Notes: generated from the sequence alone by a model not told the origin. A stretch of 64,000 nucleotides of DNA from Lama glama (GCA_028534125.1 CM052816.1:46874001-46938000), one strand, 5' to 3'; shown: positions 19,951 to 34,014, numbered from the stretch's first letter. A program made the numbers and translations.

Positions 19951-22900
19951 AGTAGGCAACTTGTGATTAAGGGGCTTTCTTTTGCTGACACTCGATTATG
20001 CCCAGGCATCTTCCCTGCGTGTGATCGTATCAGAGATAAAGATATTGTGTGCCCCCCCCCCAATTTTTTAACTTACCCCGCGGGGAAGATCTTGGGGGAG
20101 GGGGGAAGTTTTGTGAATCCAAAGAGGGGGTTTGGTGAGCGCATTGCCCTCTGGGCCTTAGCTTACATAAACTTCCACCTCCACCCCATTGCCCATGAGG
20201 GACTCAGAGCGCATCTTCCCCCTATCAGATTTGCTGCAAATATTAATCTCCTTGTTGGATGGATACAGTAGAACTTGTTCAGAGATTACTTTAAAAAGAG
20301 ATCTGGGTCTTAAGCACTTACTAAAGCCAGTTAATAACATCATGCATGGACATTTAAACTTGTTGTAAGTTGCAGAGAGGATTAGTGGGAAGTCACGCTG
20401 TGCGCAGCTAATGATACCATCTTAACTCTAACCGGACTAAATCCACCTCGCCTCGCGCAGGTCTGGCTCTTCGGCCCTCGGGTGAGGCTGGGGAAGAGAA
20501 GGCTCTTGGAGGAGCGCAAGGAGGGTGGAAACAAGAGGAGCCACTCTGGCCTTCCCTACAGGTGACGGCCACTCGTCCTGGGAGGCTGAGGGTGGTCCTG
20601 CTGCTGGGTGGGCACGAACACTCGGACGAGGGCCCAGGCTTTCTGGTGTATACGGACGTGCCACAGCCCGTGAGCTGTGCTTCTGTGACACTGAAGGGCA
20701 CTTGCTTATATGTTAAAACAAGTTTGATTCCATTGACCAAAGGGTGCACCAAGATCTGTTGCAGGCTCAGGTGAGGTTGTGGGATTCCAATCGATTTGCA
20801 TTACAAAGGCCGTTTACTTTCAGTTCTTTTTCAAAAGTAGTCAAGCTCAGTATTTCACAGATAAATTTTGAAGCATATTATTAACAACTTTCTGTCATAA
20901 GCTTGCACAACTAGTTTCAAACTGATTACTGTTGTAAGGCAGTTTGCGACTACTTTATGACAGGGCCAATTAGGAATAATCTTGGGAAAAATGCTTCTAA
21001 AATGCTGCGTTATTAAAACACTCACATAACAATATTCATTTGGTTCTGTCACTAAGTAGCTGTCTGACGAATTTCTTGTGTTCTCTGAGTTTCTTTTAAA
21101 TAGTCACGGGCCCTGGGAAAACAAGCTACAGGGGAATTTTAACTGCAACCTGGCTTTGAAGTGTTTTTTTTTTTAAGTTTAAAATTCATACAGGGCAAGG
21201 TTAAAATGTTTGTCTTATATCATTAGTTGCTAGTGGAAGATTTCAAAATAACTATAGATGCTAATCACTTTAATAATTGGTGAGAACCTATAAATAAACC
21301 ACTTGGGAAAAAGGATGTGTGCAAAAAAAAAAGGAAAACACTTTCTCTGAATCAGTCCACAAAAAATGCCTTACAGAATATTACTCAGGATGTCTCTTAA
21401 ATCTTTGTCTTTTAGGGAAAAAAAACTATATACATATATACCCATACATACACATTTTTAGATATGAGTGAGATTTACTGGAATGGAAGATTTTCTAATA
21501 AGTATGACAAATATTTTCACTGAATAAATATCTCAATTATAATTAATTTATGTGTTTATCGAAATTGCTCTAATGAAAAAACTATAATTTCTTTGGAGGT
21601 AATGCCTTCATGAAGACAATAATAGACTTAATATAATTGAAATTCAGAATCCATGGACTTACTTCCTGTCAGGGCTAGAACTCTTGTATAGTAATAATAG
21701 AAGTATACTTAGTTCTTATTTTTAATTCAGTGAGAATTAATAATGTATCTGAAACTGTTGCATGAATTTAATAGTTTTTGGGAGAAACTCAAATAATAGA
21801 TTTTAGGCTTTATTTTTAAAAAGCACATAGTTTGTACATAATAGCTGCTCAATATATATTATTTGAATGTATTAAATTATCTTTGAAATGTATGAGCTAT
21901 AGACAAGGTTAAATTAGCATTGACTGACAGGAGTCTGAATTTGAGGATGTTGAACAGACTATGGAATAGCTTGAAAACTGTTTGGGAGGTTCAATATAAA
22001 GTTATCATCACAACTAATTCATGGCAAGTGAGTTTGAAAAGAATGGAAGAAAAATAATTTGATAGGTCTTCATCTTTAGAGTTGCTAGTATATGCCTCTT
22101 GAGTGATTCTGGGAGTGAAAATACCTAGACAGCAAGGAAGTAGGAATTAATCGATGACTTTGCTCTGTTTTATAAAGTAACCTTTATGACAATTTGTTAG
22201 TACTTAGATTAGTGTAAAAAATAAAAAGTTCAGGTATCTCTAAATAAGGTTAGAAATTGCTGAGTGGCTTAGATTTTCACACTGAAGATTCATGCTCAAT
22301 TATAGTCTAAAATCTGAGTTTGCAGATATGACATGGGATTCCAGTGATTCGAACAGCACAGTACGAATACTGCATATATTTCTGCCAAATTTGTCTCAGA
22401 TGGACTAGCTGCTAAGGAAGAATCCTCAGCATGACTGAGTTAACAGAAGTGTGTTACCTTTCCGATAGGTAATCCTCTCTTTGCATGCTTCCTGACAAGA
22501 GAGAGAACTTGAATTTCTGTTATTTTTCTGGTCTTCAGTCTTAAGGTCTATACTGGCAGTTCAAAATCTATAATGTGGACAATATTTTTTATTGACCAAT
22601 AATTATTATTAACACAAAATTATTTTCTTAGCCAATAGAAATAGAAATTTGGCTGTATTTAACTTAAGTTTAGCTCCATTTTACTAGAGATTGTCTAGTT
22701 CAATTTTGGTTTTTCAGACTGCATTTTATACTATAAAGAGCCCTTCTGCATAAAGTGCAGTTTGAAAAGAGAAAAACATTTATGCTTTTATCGTTTTAAG
22801 TGATCAGATACTGCAGTGGTGGATATTGGACTATCATGTGCATCAATACATTATTAACTTAATCTAATGCTCAGATCATTACCACATTCATGGGTGTCTT

Positions 22901-25719
22901 TCTGATATCTCTCCAGTCCACTGGATTTTGAAGTGTGATTATGTAAATTTTCTACTGATAAATAAATGACTATAATTGTACTTGAAATACCACTCAAATT
23001 CTTAAGACCATGGCATCTAAATAATATATTATGCATTCCTTAATTATTTATCAAGACTAATTCAAAATAACTGTAGGGTAAAGCATACATTTATTTTTAA
23101 ATGGCTGTCCCCTTCCCCAATCTTTTCTGTAGCAAATTAAAAAATATTCCAGATGGTGAAAATATGGAGAGATGAGAAAAAGGTTGATGAGTAAAGTGAG
23201 TAAGTAGCAAGTTTATCCTTCAAGGAAGTATCTATGGTTTGCCCAATAATAATAGCACCCTGATGCAATTTTTGTGGTATGTGATCTTCCTACCAGTTCA
23301 GTTGGGGTATTTTGTTGATAGAGGAAACCATGTCTAAATGTTAAACATTAGTGCAGAAAATCCCTCAGCATTCCTGGACAAGGAAAAAGGGAAAAGTTTA
23401 GCAAACAGAAACATTGCACGCATGGGTATTTTTAAAATTTCTCTTATAAACGTAATAAGGAAATTGTGATCTTGAGTTATGAAATTTGACTAAGGGTTAT
23501 ACAATCAAGTGATACTAGATTTAAAGTATGACTTTCCTTCATTTAATCATAGCTATAGAAAATCACAGTAACCAAATGGTGCCTTTTCATTGTTTAACAT
23601 TGCTAGGCTGTATTGAGAACTCTTGTGGCACTGTGCCTTTAAAAGAAGCACGCATGTGTGTTTTACCTACATAAATTCTAATTGCAGAATCCACTCTAAT
23701 CACCATGTAGAAATCATCTGAAGCCTCATAAGTTCATGAGATACACACTTTTCTTTTTTATTCTGCAGACCACACCTTATCTGGTTGCTAATGAAATACG
23801 GGAGATTGATTGCACAAAATCTTCAAGGGAATATTTGCTGTACCACATATAGTAAGCTCCATTTGGTGCATTAGCATTTAGCCATTTTATGCAAATTTAG
23901 AGAAAATGACTCATGTATATGATTTAATATGCATCAGCGATAACTCATACCACCCTTATAAGAAAAAAGAAATTAAAAATTCATTAGAAAACTAGACTAG
24001 TGTCACTACATGGTTAAAACATTATTAAAGCATATTTCAATGTTTTGCTTACACTAGTGTTCTCATCATGGTGCCACCATTTCATGACAAAGGCCGTAGA
24101 GGAGAAAACATTCAACTTAAAATGTCTGCTGGCACACATCGCTGGATTTGTGTGTCACTAAACAATGAGCGAGCATAGCCTTGAATACCAACTATTTAAT
24201 TAGCACTTTTGGAAGCCATGCATAGAAAATAGCTCATTTACATGCATCTGCTTAGCGATTAGTCCCATAAAAAGCTACCATTTTTTTGTTGTTGTTTAAT
24301 ATAGCGAGCATTTTACCATTCGGCCGTGAAAAAAAATCAAAACACATGTTATTATTTTCAAATCCTGAAATTCAGAGATTTAATTAGAACAGGCAAAAGT
24401 CTTCATATTTCTTTTCAAGGTATATTTAAATTATTTAATTTAACCTTAAGTGTACCATAAAAGACTGGATACAAGTAATAATTAAGAACTTCAAAGGGCA
24501 ACGGAAACCCTCTAACAGTCCTTGGTTTAATTAAAGGCTATTATTAGAAAGCTCTCAAATATACAGTTACATTTAATGACAAGTGATGACTAGTAAAAGC
24601 AGTATTTGAAATTTATGAGTATCTTATTTTAAATACAATTGATAGACTCTAGAAAGTATTGCTATCATTCCATTTTGAAAATAAATGACATGTATTTCTT
24701 GAAAAATCAAATTTATAACATTAAAAACCTGTTAGTTTAAGATGCTTTGCTTTTCATTAATTCTTTAGTCTACACAGACCTGTCATGATCACAGATTAAT
24801 TGTATGCTTCTTAAAAAGCATTTCTGCCAATTTGAATGTGTTTAAGAGGGTGTATTTTTCGAATACAGTGGCGTATTTATGAAGTCATGTATACAAATGT
24901 GTATGGATGCATTAACAATAGAAGTGAGCTTTACCAGTGCATTTTGAAATATAACATTGTTTTTTGGAACGGGAATTGATATTTAATATGACAGTAATAA
25001 ATTATCTTTTAGAAGTTTATATTATCTACCATATTTGTGTGAGTAGAGAATTGGCTCAAAGAACAGATTATTCTAAATACATTTTGGGAGTATAAACCAT
25101 ATTGAAAATAGTAACAGGCCACATGTAAAATTTGTTGTTTATTATAAGTAATTATACTCATTGGACTATTTTGCTTAATATACATTTATACAGGGAATTT
25201 AGTTGGAATAAAATGTTCATAGTTAAAATTCAGGGCAGATGAGTGATTAGTGTATGTATATATATTATCAAGTGAAGTTGATGAATATTTTAAAAGTTCA
25301 TTTAGAACATTTTACTGATTCTGTTTGTTAATTATATTTAGTAATTGGCCTATAAAGCATGTGTGATAAAACTGTCTACTTATTAAGCATATAAAATTTT
25401 ACTTTTATGAGTAATCTATTATTTTGAAAATGTGATACTATTTCCTTTGTTCACTGTGGGCCAGTGAGTACCATGGGATGTTAGGTCTCAGAAAGGTTAG
25501 GTAGACCTGAATCTATATCTGTGTGGCTTATCTATCTATATATCTAGTTAACTAATGCAGTATATGTATATAGTCCACTGTGTAAGAAAAGTGCGCTCCT
25601 GATGTGCCTTTTGTGTGACATGTTATTTAATTTGAGAATTTTTTTGCTTATTTTCTTATTTGATCCTTCTTGTAACCATTATTCTTTGTTTAATATGCTC
25701 ACCCCTTCTTCCCCCTGCT

Positions 25720-25852
25720 TAGAAACTCAGAATATAAGGTTTGTAGAGTAGGGAACGTACCTGTTTTATACTTCTGAATATCCTGTACCTAAAACAGTGT
25801 TGGACACATAGTAGATGCTCAACGATTATTTGTTGATAAAAGAATGAGTAAA
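25720..25852 (+). mobile_element. L2 LINE 3' end fragment
   Basis: CCTAAAACAGTGTTGGACACATAGTAGATGCTCAA...ATTTGTTGA...GAATGA resembles the L2 tail. Confidence 0.7.
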
Positions 25853-27434
25853 TTTAAATGAGACTGATCTTTCTGAGATAGCTGTTGCTTGTGGATCTAA
25901 AAGATTGATTCAGATAGATAGATTGGTTCCCCCAACCCTGGAGCCTTTTGAAGCTGCTCAGCTATGTTGAGATTACCTTCCTAGATAGAGTAAGACCTTT
26001 GGTATGGGGATGAGTGATGACCACAAGCAACTTCTAAGCTAGATTTTAAAGGCTATTTGTAAGAGAATTGTATATATATTTGAGATCCTATCCTTGATAT
26101 AGGGAATAGTAACTGGTTTATAGAAGTTAACTGGACACATGGGAACTGAATCTTAGAACACAGAATTATTACCAACATATTCCAAACAAAAATATTTTGT
26201 GAGTAATATAAATATTTTTAGAAATAAAAATGTAACCCAGACGAACTTTGATTAAAATATCTAATTCACAGAAGCATGTTGCTTGTAAATGGTCTGAAAT
26301 GCTTGCAATTTAAACTAATGATAGAAGAAATAAATTTGAGTCAGAGTCTCTCTGGGGCCTAACCTTCTTGACTAAGTTAGGACCGTTTTTGAAAGCTCCA
26401 TTAGTTTCCTTAGAATACTAAGGAATTATGAATAAAGACAGGTTTATGTTACTAAACTATGCTCCTGTGACTTAAAAATTAACCTCTCTAAGTATCTAAC
26501 ATGCAATTCAAGAGTTACATGGAGAATTTAAATCGTTGATTATATTTTCGAGCTGACATTGGAATTTATGATTTGGCATGAACACTGAAATTTTGTCTTT
26601 TTACATTTTCACACAACATGGGTTCAAAATAACAAATGTCAGATGGGAAACTCAAATCAATTAGATATTTATTGGGCTCTTATTATGTTCCTACTGGTAA
26701 GGCTCTAAAGTTCTTAGAAAATAACCAACCATAGATTTTTTGAGTTCATAAGCAACAAGCCAAAATATTCACAAGACCAGGTAGTTAGAAAAGTGAGTCA
26801 TCAGAAAAGTGTAGCTCTTTCCTATTTATGTACCACTAAGAAAGAATGTTCTTGATTTGGGAGTTGGGTTAACCATATTTAATTAACCCCATTAACTCTT
26901 TGAGATTATTAAGGTACTAGTTTAGTCTGTGAACACATTTTGGAAGCTATAGTGAACTCTGTGTTGGTGCAAAAAGGCACCAAATGGTACCCTGGGAAAT
27001 ATAATAAGCTTCTCAAGTCATCTGCCTTGAACATCATGACTGACTCTGGAATCTGGTAAAATCAGATCCGAACAGATAGTGTCAACCGACATTATCTTGA
27101 AACAAAGCAAAGAATTCAGATTATATATTTTATCTGTGTTTTATCTTCTTTGCTTTTGGCTTTTAATGAGAAAAGAAGTCTCCACTATTCAAGTGGTCAT
27201 ACTATTTACTACCTTAAAGATAGAGCTAAATATGAGGAAATAATTAAGAATTTCTGGGTTAATGGAAAAGTCTATTAACCAGATCATATTTATTGAGTAC
27301 CTTATAAGGGTATACAGTACTAGGAGCTATTTGTATTTTGGGGAGTGTTGACATGGGAGATGTCCAAATGGAAAGCTTTGGAAGAGGGCTTAGAAAAAGT
27401 GTAAGAAATGATATTAAAGTATAAGAAATAATGC

Positions 27435-27963
27435 AGTCCCACTCCTGGGCATATATCCAGAGGGAACATTAATTCAAAAAGATACATGCACCCCAGTGTT
27501 CATAGCAGCACTATTTACAATAGCCAAGACATGGAAACAAGCTAAATGTCCATTGACAGATGACAGGATGAAGAAGTTGTGGTATATTTATACAGGAATA
27601 TTACTCAGCCATAGAAATTAATAAAATAATGCCATTTGCAGCAACATGGATGGACCTGGAGATTGTCATTCTAAGTGAAGTAAGTCAGAAAGAGAAAGAA
27701 AAATAGCATATGATATCATTTATATGTGAAATCTAAAAAAAAAGCAAATGAACTTATTTACAAAACAGAAACAGACTCACAGACATAGAAAACAAACTTA
27801 AGGTTACCAGGCGGGGGAAAGGGTAAATTGGGAGTTCGAGATTTGCAGATACTAACTACTATATATAAAATAGATAAACAACAAGTTCATAATGTGTAGC
27901 ACAGGGAACTATATTCAATATCTTGTAGTAACTTACGGTGAAAAAGAATATGAAGATAAAAAA
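27435..27963 (+). mobile_element. 5'-truncated L1 (ORF2 end + 3' UTR + A tail), relatively young
   Basis: Typical ORF2 C-terminal sequence (CCCACTCCTGGGCATATATCCAGAG...GCACTATTTACAATAGCCAAGACATGGAA). Perfect 12-bp TSD AAGAAATAATGC at 27423-27434 and 27964-27975. Confidence 0.93.
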
Positions 27964-28424
27964 AAGAAATAATGCTAACTTTAAGAAATGTAAATCTGGT
28001 TGAGGAGACTAGATTAATAAATATTTAAAAATAGTGAATAATGTAAGATAATATTGAATTGTGGAATACCTATTAATAATAGGAATGTACAGTAAAGATC
28101 AATCAGTATGAACAGCTAAGGAAGGATTAGTAGAGAAAGTATTATTTGCAGCTTTGAATTTGAGTTTTGAAGGAGTTGTAGAATTAAGAGAGACAGAGGG
28201 GAGAGCATTCTGGACTAGAAAAACAAAATGATTGATGATGACCTGGATGCATGAATGAAGAGAGCATGTTTTTGAGAATGAAAAGGAAGAAGAACTTCAT
28301 ACTTAGTAATAATGATTAATATTTGTGGATAGGTGGGATAAGGCCAGATTATATTCTTGAAACTTGGTCATTAGAGATAGACATGATGATGGAAATTATG
28401 GCTAGTTACTCTGAGTTTCTTCTT

Positions 28425-28525
28425 TGGTACATTTAACAAATATTTATTGAGCATCTACTATATGCAAAGTACTGGGCCAAGTACTGGGAGAACAGTAGTG
28501 AGCCAAATCCAATTCTTGCCCAACC
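28425..28525 (-). mobile_element. L2 fragment
   Basis: CATTTAACAAATATTTATTGAGCATCTACTATATGCAAAG is the reverse L2 tail. Confidence 0.7.
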
Positions 28526-29929
28526 TCTTGTAACTGTACTATTTCAATGTATTACACAGTTTTTTGACTAACTAAAGTTATCAATTTTTCTTTTCAGGAC
28601 ATTACTTAATTGCCAAAACATAGATTTGAGAAATATTGGAGTTCTCTAATCACATGTGCTTAATGTAGTTTTGGGAATTCACGTTCAGACTTGATCTGTT
28701 GTTTAACAATTTTAATTAATCAATTTTTAAAAATAGGCATACATGCACGTGTTTTGAAAAAATTCAAATTTGCTCGGAGCTATACGGTAAAAAGTAGTTT
28801 CCCAGTCCTTTGAGTTTCACTCCTCAGAAGTAACTAGCAGTTTGCTGAGGTTTGGAAACCGTTTTAAAATTTAAATTGAAGTTACTTTGCTTATGTGAAA
28901 GTTCCTCAAATTATAATTATATTGGACTTGGGAACATTTTTCTGCTGTTTTACAACTTTCTCTAAAATACAATATCAAGATCGGATTTAAACATAAATCA
29001 CTAAGTATCTCAGAACTGTTGAGATTATCTTTGGAGAAGGCTAGGCTTCAGTGAATTTATATTGTTTATTCTTTTTGAAATTCATATTTCAGACACTTAC
29101 GGGAAAGTTACGAGCAGTGTTCCTCCAAAAAGTATTTATTTATGCCTTCAGGGATTTCATGAACATCGTTGTGAACACAGGGAGTTCCCAATTAGATTTA
29201 GTTTGTAAACTGTTTTCCTCACAACCCCAAATACTTGACCCACTTTCAAAATGCCGAGATGATTAGGGGTTCTCCTCTCACAGCGAGTTAGCTAATCTCT
29301 ACACATTGGCCTGAAGCAGTAACCTTCTCTTCAACTTCCGGACACTTACAAATCAGTTAAAAAGTTTCAGGACATAGTGTTCTCACTGAGGAAGGAGGCT
29401 TGTCAGTTCCTAACCTCTGTCCTGCAACCATGGAAAGAATAGCAACAGCAGTGGCCGAATGTCCAGTCCGACTCTGTTAGCAGACAGATTAGTAATTCAT
29501 GTCCCTGTTCTGCCCGAATCCCCTCAATTCTTACTGTTTATCCTTCTCTCAGAGTTGAAGTTAAAGCAGACATTCTGTGAAGCTGTCACGTTCCTGTCTC
29601 TAGTTCCAAAGCTAGCCTCTCAGTTCAGATCGTGGGTCTTGGAGCAACAGTGGCTGCCAAGGGCAAGTTTTACAGCAGTGCTACCCTGAAGCACCCCCTG
29701 GTAGAATGAAGATGGAGCATTTTTATGCAGTTAGGTAAGTCAGTAAATAGATGTCTTTGATTTTTCTCAACAGCATATTATAAAGAGAACTCTGGACATC
29801 AAGTATATTGTTAACTAGTACCTAAACTGGGGAACAAACCAAGACTGTGAGCAAACATTGCTTTCTCATCCATTACACTTGCTCTGACTGTTCTAGAACT
29901 GACAAGAAAAAGTGAGGCAAGGAGAAAAA

Positions 29930-30075
29930 AATCCTTATTATTGTATTAGACACTGTGTGAGGTGCTTTACATACCTGGCCTCACTGAATCCTCCTGAAAA
30001 CTTTATGGTTTATGTTAGCTTCATTTTCAGAGCTAGGAACTGAGCCAGGAACTGAGGCTTGAGGAAATTACTTAA
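29930..30075 (-). mobile_element. MIR SINE fragment
   Basis: GTGCTTTACAT...AATCCTC...CATTTTCAGAG...GGAACTGAGGCT MIR core pattern. Confidence 0.65.
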
Positions 30076-30099
30076 AGCAAGTAAAGAAAAGAAGGGACA

Positions 30100-30472
30100 T
30101 ACACATCTATCAAAATCCCTCAAATTGTACATCTGAAATATAGGTAGTTTACTGTACAGGAACCATAGCACAGTAAAGGTGTTAAAATAATGTATTTTTA
30201 AAAAGGTACAAACTTCCAGTTATAAGTAGATACCTGATGTATGTTTTATGTGCAGGCTGTTGGGAGAGTGGGTCCTGGGAATTCTCATCAGAGTAAAAAA
30301 ATTTTTTATTTCTTTAATTTTGTAGCTATATAAGATGGTATATGTTCACTGGACTTGTGATGGTCACTTCATGATGTATGTGGGTCAAATCATTATGCTG
30401 TCTACCTTAAACTTGTACAGTGCTGTATGTGAATTATATCTCAATAAAGCTGGGAGAAAAAACGAAAAAAAG
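30100..30472 (+). mobile_element. Old L1 (L1M-type) 3' UTR end fragments
   Basis: GGTACAAACTTCCAGTTATAAG, and CAAATCATTATGCTGT...CCTTAAACTT...AATTATATCTCAATAAAGCTGG with an A tail. Confidence 0.75.
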
Positions 30473-30891
30473 AAGGGACAAAAGGAGGACTATACAGATA
30501 TCATAGAATCAGGTTAGGAAATACTTATATTTAAACAAACAAAAACTCATTAGAGGATATTAGGATTTGAATATCTGTCAATATTTGAAACTATCTCAAT
30601 AGTTTAAGAAAAGCCTCAAGTCAGTGAAACCTCAGCACTTTGAATTTATAAATTATCAAAATATCTGGTCATTTAAGGGGGGGGGGAAACAGACCCTTTG
30701 ATGGAGAAAAACATAGCATCTACAAAATGAATTGAATATTCTGTTTTGCATTCAGTTGCTAAGGTACCATAGAGACATAATTTATAAACACTTACTTGCT
30801 TCAAATTTTAAATATTTAGAAATTAAATCCACATTCACGATTATTTCAGTACTTGAATTTCTTAACCAAAAATACCCATTTTTATGTGTGA

Positions 30892-32279
30892 TGTTTTTCC
30901 AGCTTTATTGAAATATTATTGATGAATAAAAATTAGATATATTTAAGGTATACAATGTGATGATGTAATATACATATATGCTGTGAAATAATTACCACCA
31001 TCAAGTTAATTAATGTATCTATAACTTCACATAGTTACCATTTTTTTGTGTGTGTGGTGAGAACACTTAAGATATATTCTCTTAGAAAACTTCAAGTATA
31101 CAGTAAAGCATTATTAATTATAATCAACATATAGTATATTTGGAACATATTCATTTTATAGCTGAAAGTTTGTATCCTTTGACCGACATCCTCCGATTTC
31201 TCTCACTCCCTAGCCCCTGGCAACCTATACTCTCTGGTTCTATGAATTTGACTTTTTTAGATTCCATATATATAAGTGAGATCATACAGTATTTGTCTTT
31301 CTGTGCCTGCCTTATTTCACTTAGCCTAACATCCTCAGGTTTCATCCATGTTGTTATAATTGGCAAGATTTTCTTCCTTTTTATGCTGAATAATAGCCCA
31401 TTAAATATATATACTGGATTTTCTTTATCTATTCATCCGTTGATGGAGACTTAGGCTGTTTCCATATCATGGCTATTGTGAACAACACTGCAATAAACAT
31501 GGGGGTGCATACATCTTTGTGTTAGTGTTTTCATCTCCTGTGCATCTATACCCAGAAGTGGGATTACTGGATCATATGTAGTTCTATTTTTAATTTTTCT
31601 AGGAACCTCCATACTGTTTTCCATAGTGGCTGTACCAGTTTACATTCCCATCAACAGTACACGAGGGTTCTCTTTTCTCCACATCTTTACCAATACTTGT
31701 TACCCCCCACCTTTTTTTTATTGCCATCCTAACAAGTATGAGGTGATATATCTTTGTGGTTTTGACTTGCGTTTCCCTGATGATTAGTAGCATTGAGCAC
31801 CTTTTCATGTACAGTTTTTTGGCATCCTTGGGGAATTGGTTACAGGACCCCTCTATGGATACCAAAATCTAAGGATGCTCAAACTCCGTATGTAAAATGG
31901 GAGGTACAGTCAGTCCTTTGTATCTGTGGGCTCCCTATCCTTAGATTCAGTCAACTTTGGATCAAGTTAGAATTTGACTGTGGAGCCTGTGGATACAGAT
32001 GACCGACTATACCTGCTGGCTACTTGTATGTCTTTGGAAAACAGTCTGTTCAAATCCTTTGCCAGTTTTTAAATTTATTAGTTTATTAGTTTTTTGCTAT
32101 TGAGTGTTATGAGTCCCTTATATAGTTTGGATTTTAACCCCTTATCAGATATATGGTTTGCAAATATTTTCTCCCATTCTGTAGGTTGCCTTTCATTTTG
32201 TGGATTGTTACCTTTCCTACACAGAAGCTTTTTAATTTCATGTAGTCCCATTTACTTAGTTTTGCTTTTGTTGCCTGTG
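30892..32279 (-). mobile_element. L1 (L1MA/MB-type) 3' UTR + ORF2 end, interrupted by MER2
   Basis: Minus-strand ORF remnants TTWMKPEDVRLSEIRQAQKDKYCMISLI and KRCSMLLIIRETQVKTT...[30 protein letters not shown] are L1 ORF2 C-terminal. Candidate TSD TATGTGTGA at 30883 and 32280. Confidence 0.92.
31812..32009 (+). mobile_element. MER2-family non-autonomous TcMar-Tigger DNA transposon nested in L1
   Basis: GGGGAATTGGTTACAGGACCC...GGATACCAAAATC...GGATGCTCAA and terminal GGATACAGATGACCGACT. TA duplications at 31810-11 and 32010-11 split the L1 motif TTCATG-TA-CCTG. Confidence 0.85.
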
Positions 32280-34014
32280 TATGTGTGAAATCTTATCTTT
32301 AATTTTGGAAAGAAGTTTCATGTGCATTGGATCTTTGTTTATCATATGTGATATTGTGACTGTACAAACATACTAACCCTAATGTTAAGTGACAATTTGC
32401 TCTGCCTTATATCTGAGTATGGGAGGAGAAGTGTCTTTGATGATCAAAAGAAAGTTGAAATTAAGATAACCCACATTTGGCACTCAAGCATTGCATCAAT
32501 CAAATATATACTATTTTTTTTCTGCTTTAAGCCTGTGGATTTAAACACACTTAAATTCATGGTTCTCCTTGCTCTGCAGAAGCAGTTAGCAGTCTATGTT
32601 GCTGTAATTTGACATTGCCTAACTGCATGGAAGGCAAGCTGACCCTGGGCAAAATTGTGAAGTAAGGGTTGTTTGTAACTTGTATTTTAGTAACGGATTG
32701 CCTTCGTTCTGAGCCTTTTACCTTCATAGTTGTTTTCTCTTCTCACACCCCTATTCCTCCTTGCAGATACCCAGTTCTTTAGCGTCTTCTCAGATTTTAC
32801 CCTGGTAATTTTTTATCTAGGGACAGTACTGGAGGAAACTAATTCCTGAGGTGAAAATGACTTAAATGGTTTAACTTTTTTTTTTCTTAAAACACAGTAT
32901 AGGTCAAAGGAATGAAAATTGTTCAGCAAACATTCACACACTGTTCTGTGTGTTTTATAAATGTTAATTCACTTAATTCTCACAAGAATCAATTAGATAG
33001 GTTTTAAATGGTGGAATTTCAGATAATCAGTAGGAGAAAGCGGGGGAAAGGGTTGATCCTTTCATCTTTGAAATCACTTCATGAAATGAAATTCTGTTTG
33101 TGTGGCTAGCCTCATTTGTTACTCCCATGGTAGTAGTCATGAACCAAGGCAAATCTAGCACAGTATCTTATGGTCAGCCTGGTTCTCTGGGGAGTAGTTA
33201 CGACAAGGTTCAATTAGACCCTCACAACAGGGATTTTACTGGCTCATACTACAAGTAGAAACATTCACATCTAAGTTTAAAAAGTTTTACAGAGATTTGC
33301 TAATTCTTTAATTTTTACTATTATAATTGAAATGTAACTCGATTTTTTTCTTATAAGTCATATTACAAACCTTTTATATCTAATATTATAATATGTTAAA
33401 AGTTTATTTTTTGACTTTTGGACTATCCTAGTGTGATTCCCATTTTAAAATGAGTTATCTGTAAACAATAGTTGCTTTCAGTTTTTAAAAACATACCTCT
33501 TCTGAGAGAAGCCCTTCTTCATAAGAAAAAGAATGAATTGTATTTCTTCTTTGTAACAGTGTTATACAGACGTATAAATGTTTCAAGAATATCATAATTT
33601 TTTTTTTACTTTAGTTATTTAACCCTCTTTAATGTGTGACAATATTTAACTGTGAAATACATTGCCATTTTAACTACTAAATTGTAATACTCTATCAGGA
33701 ATCTCTAAAAACCCCTTCTAAATATATTAAAGACTGAAAGAATTATAACTCACACAATACTCATTTTAATTGAATTTTTACCCACCTTTTTTAGAGTATA
33801 TGGAAGAATCACTAAGAAAAATTACATTAACAGTGACTGCAACAAAGAGGAAAAAGTACTAATAAACTGGACACATTCATTATAATGGATAGCAGAGAAA
33901 TAGTGGTCATTGGGATGTTTGGACCTACAGGGATATTTAATGAGGGGCGTTCCTCTCAGTGAGCAGGATTTCAAGTTGTCCATTTGACTGATTTGAGATA
34001 TGGTAGAAGTACAT

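Noticed and set aside
19256..20271. ORFs of 155 and 182 aa in the downstream CpG island
   Set aside because: GC-rich or compositionally random products with no domain or coding-exon signature.
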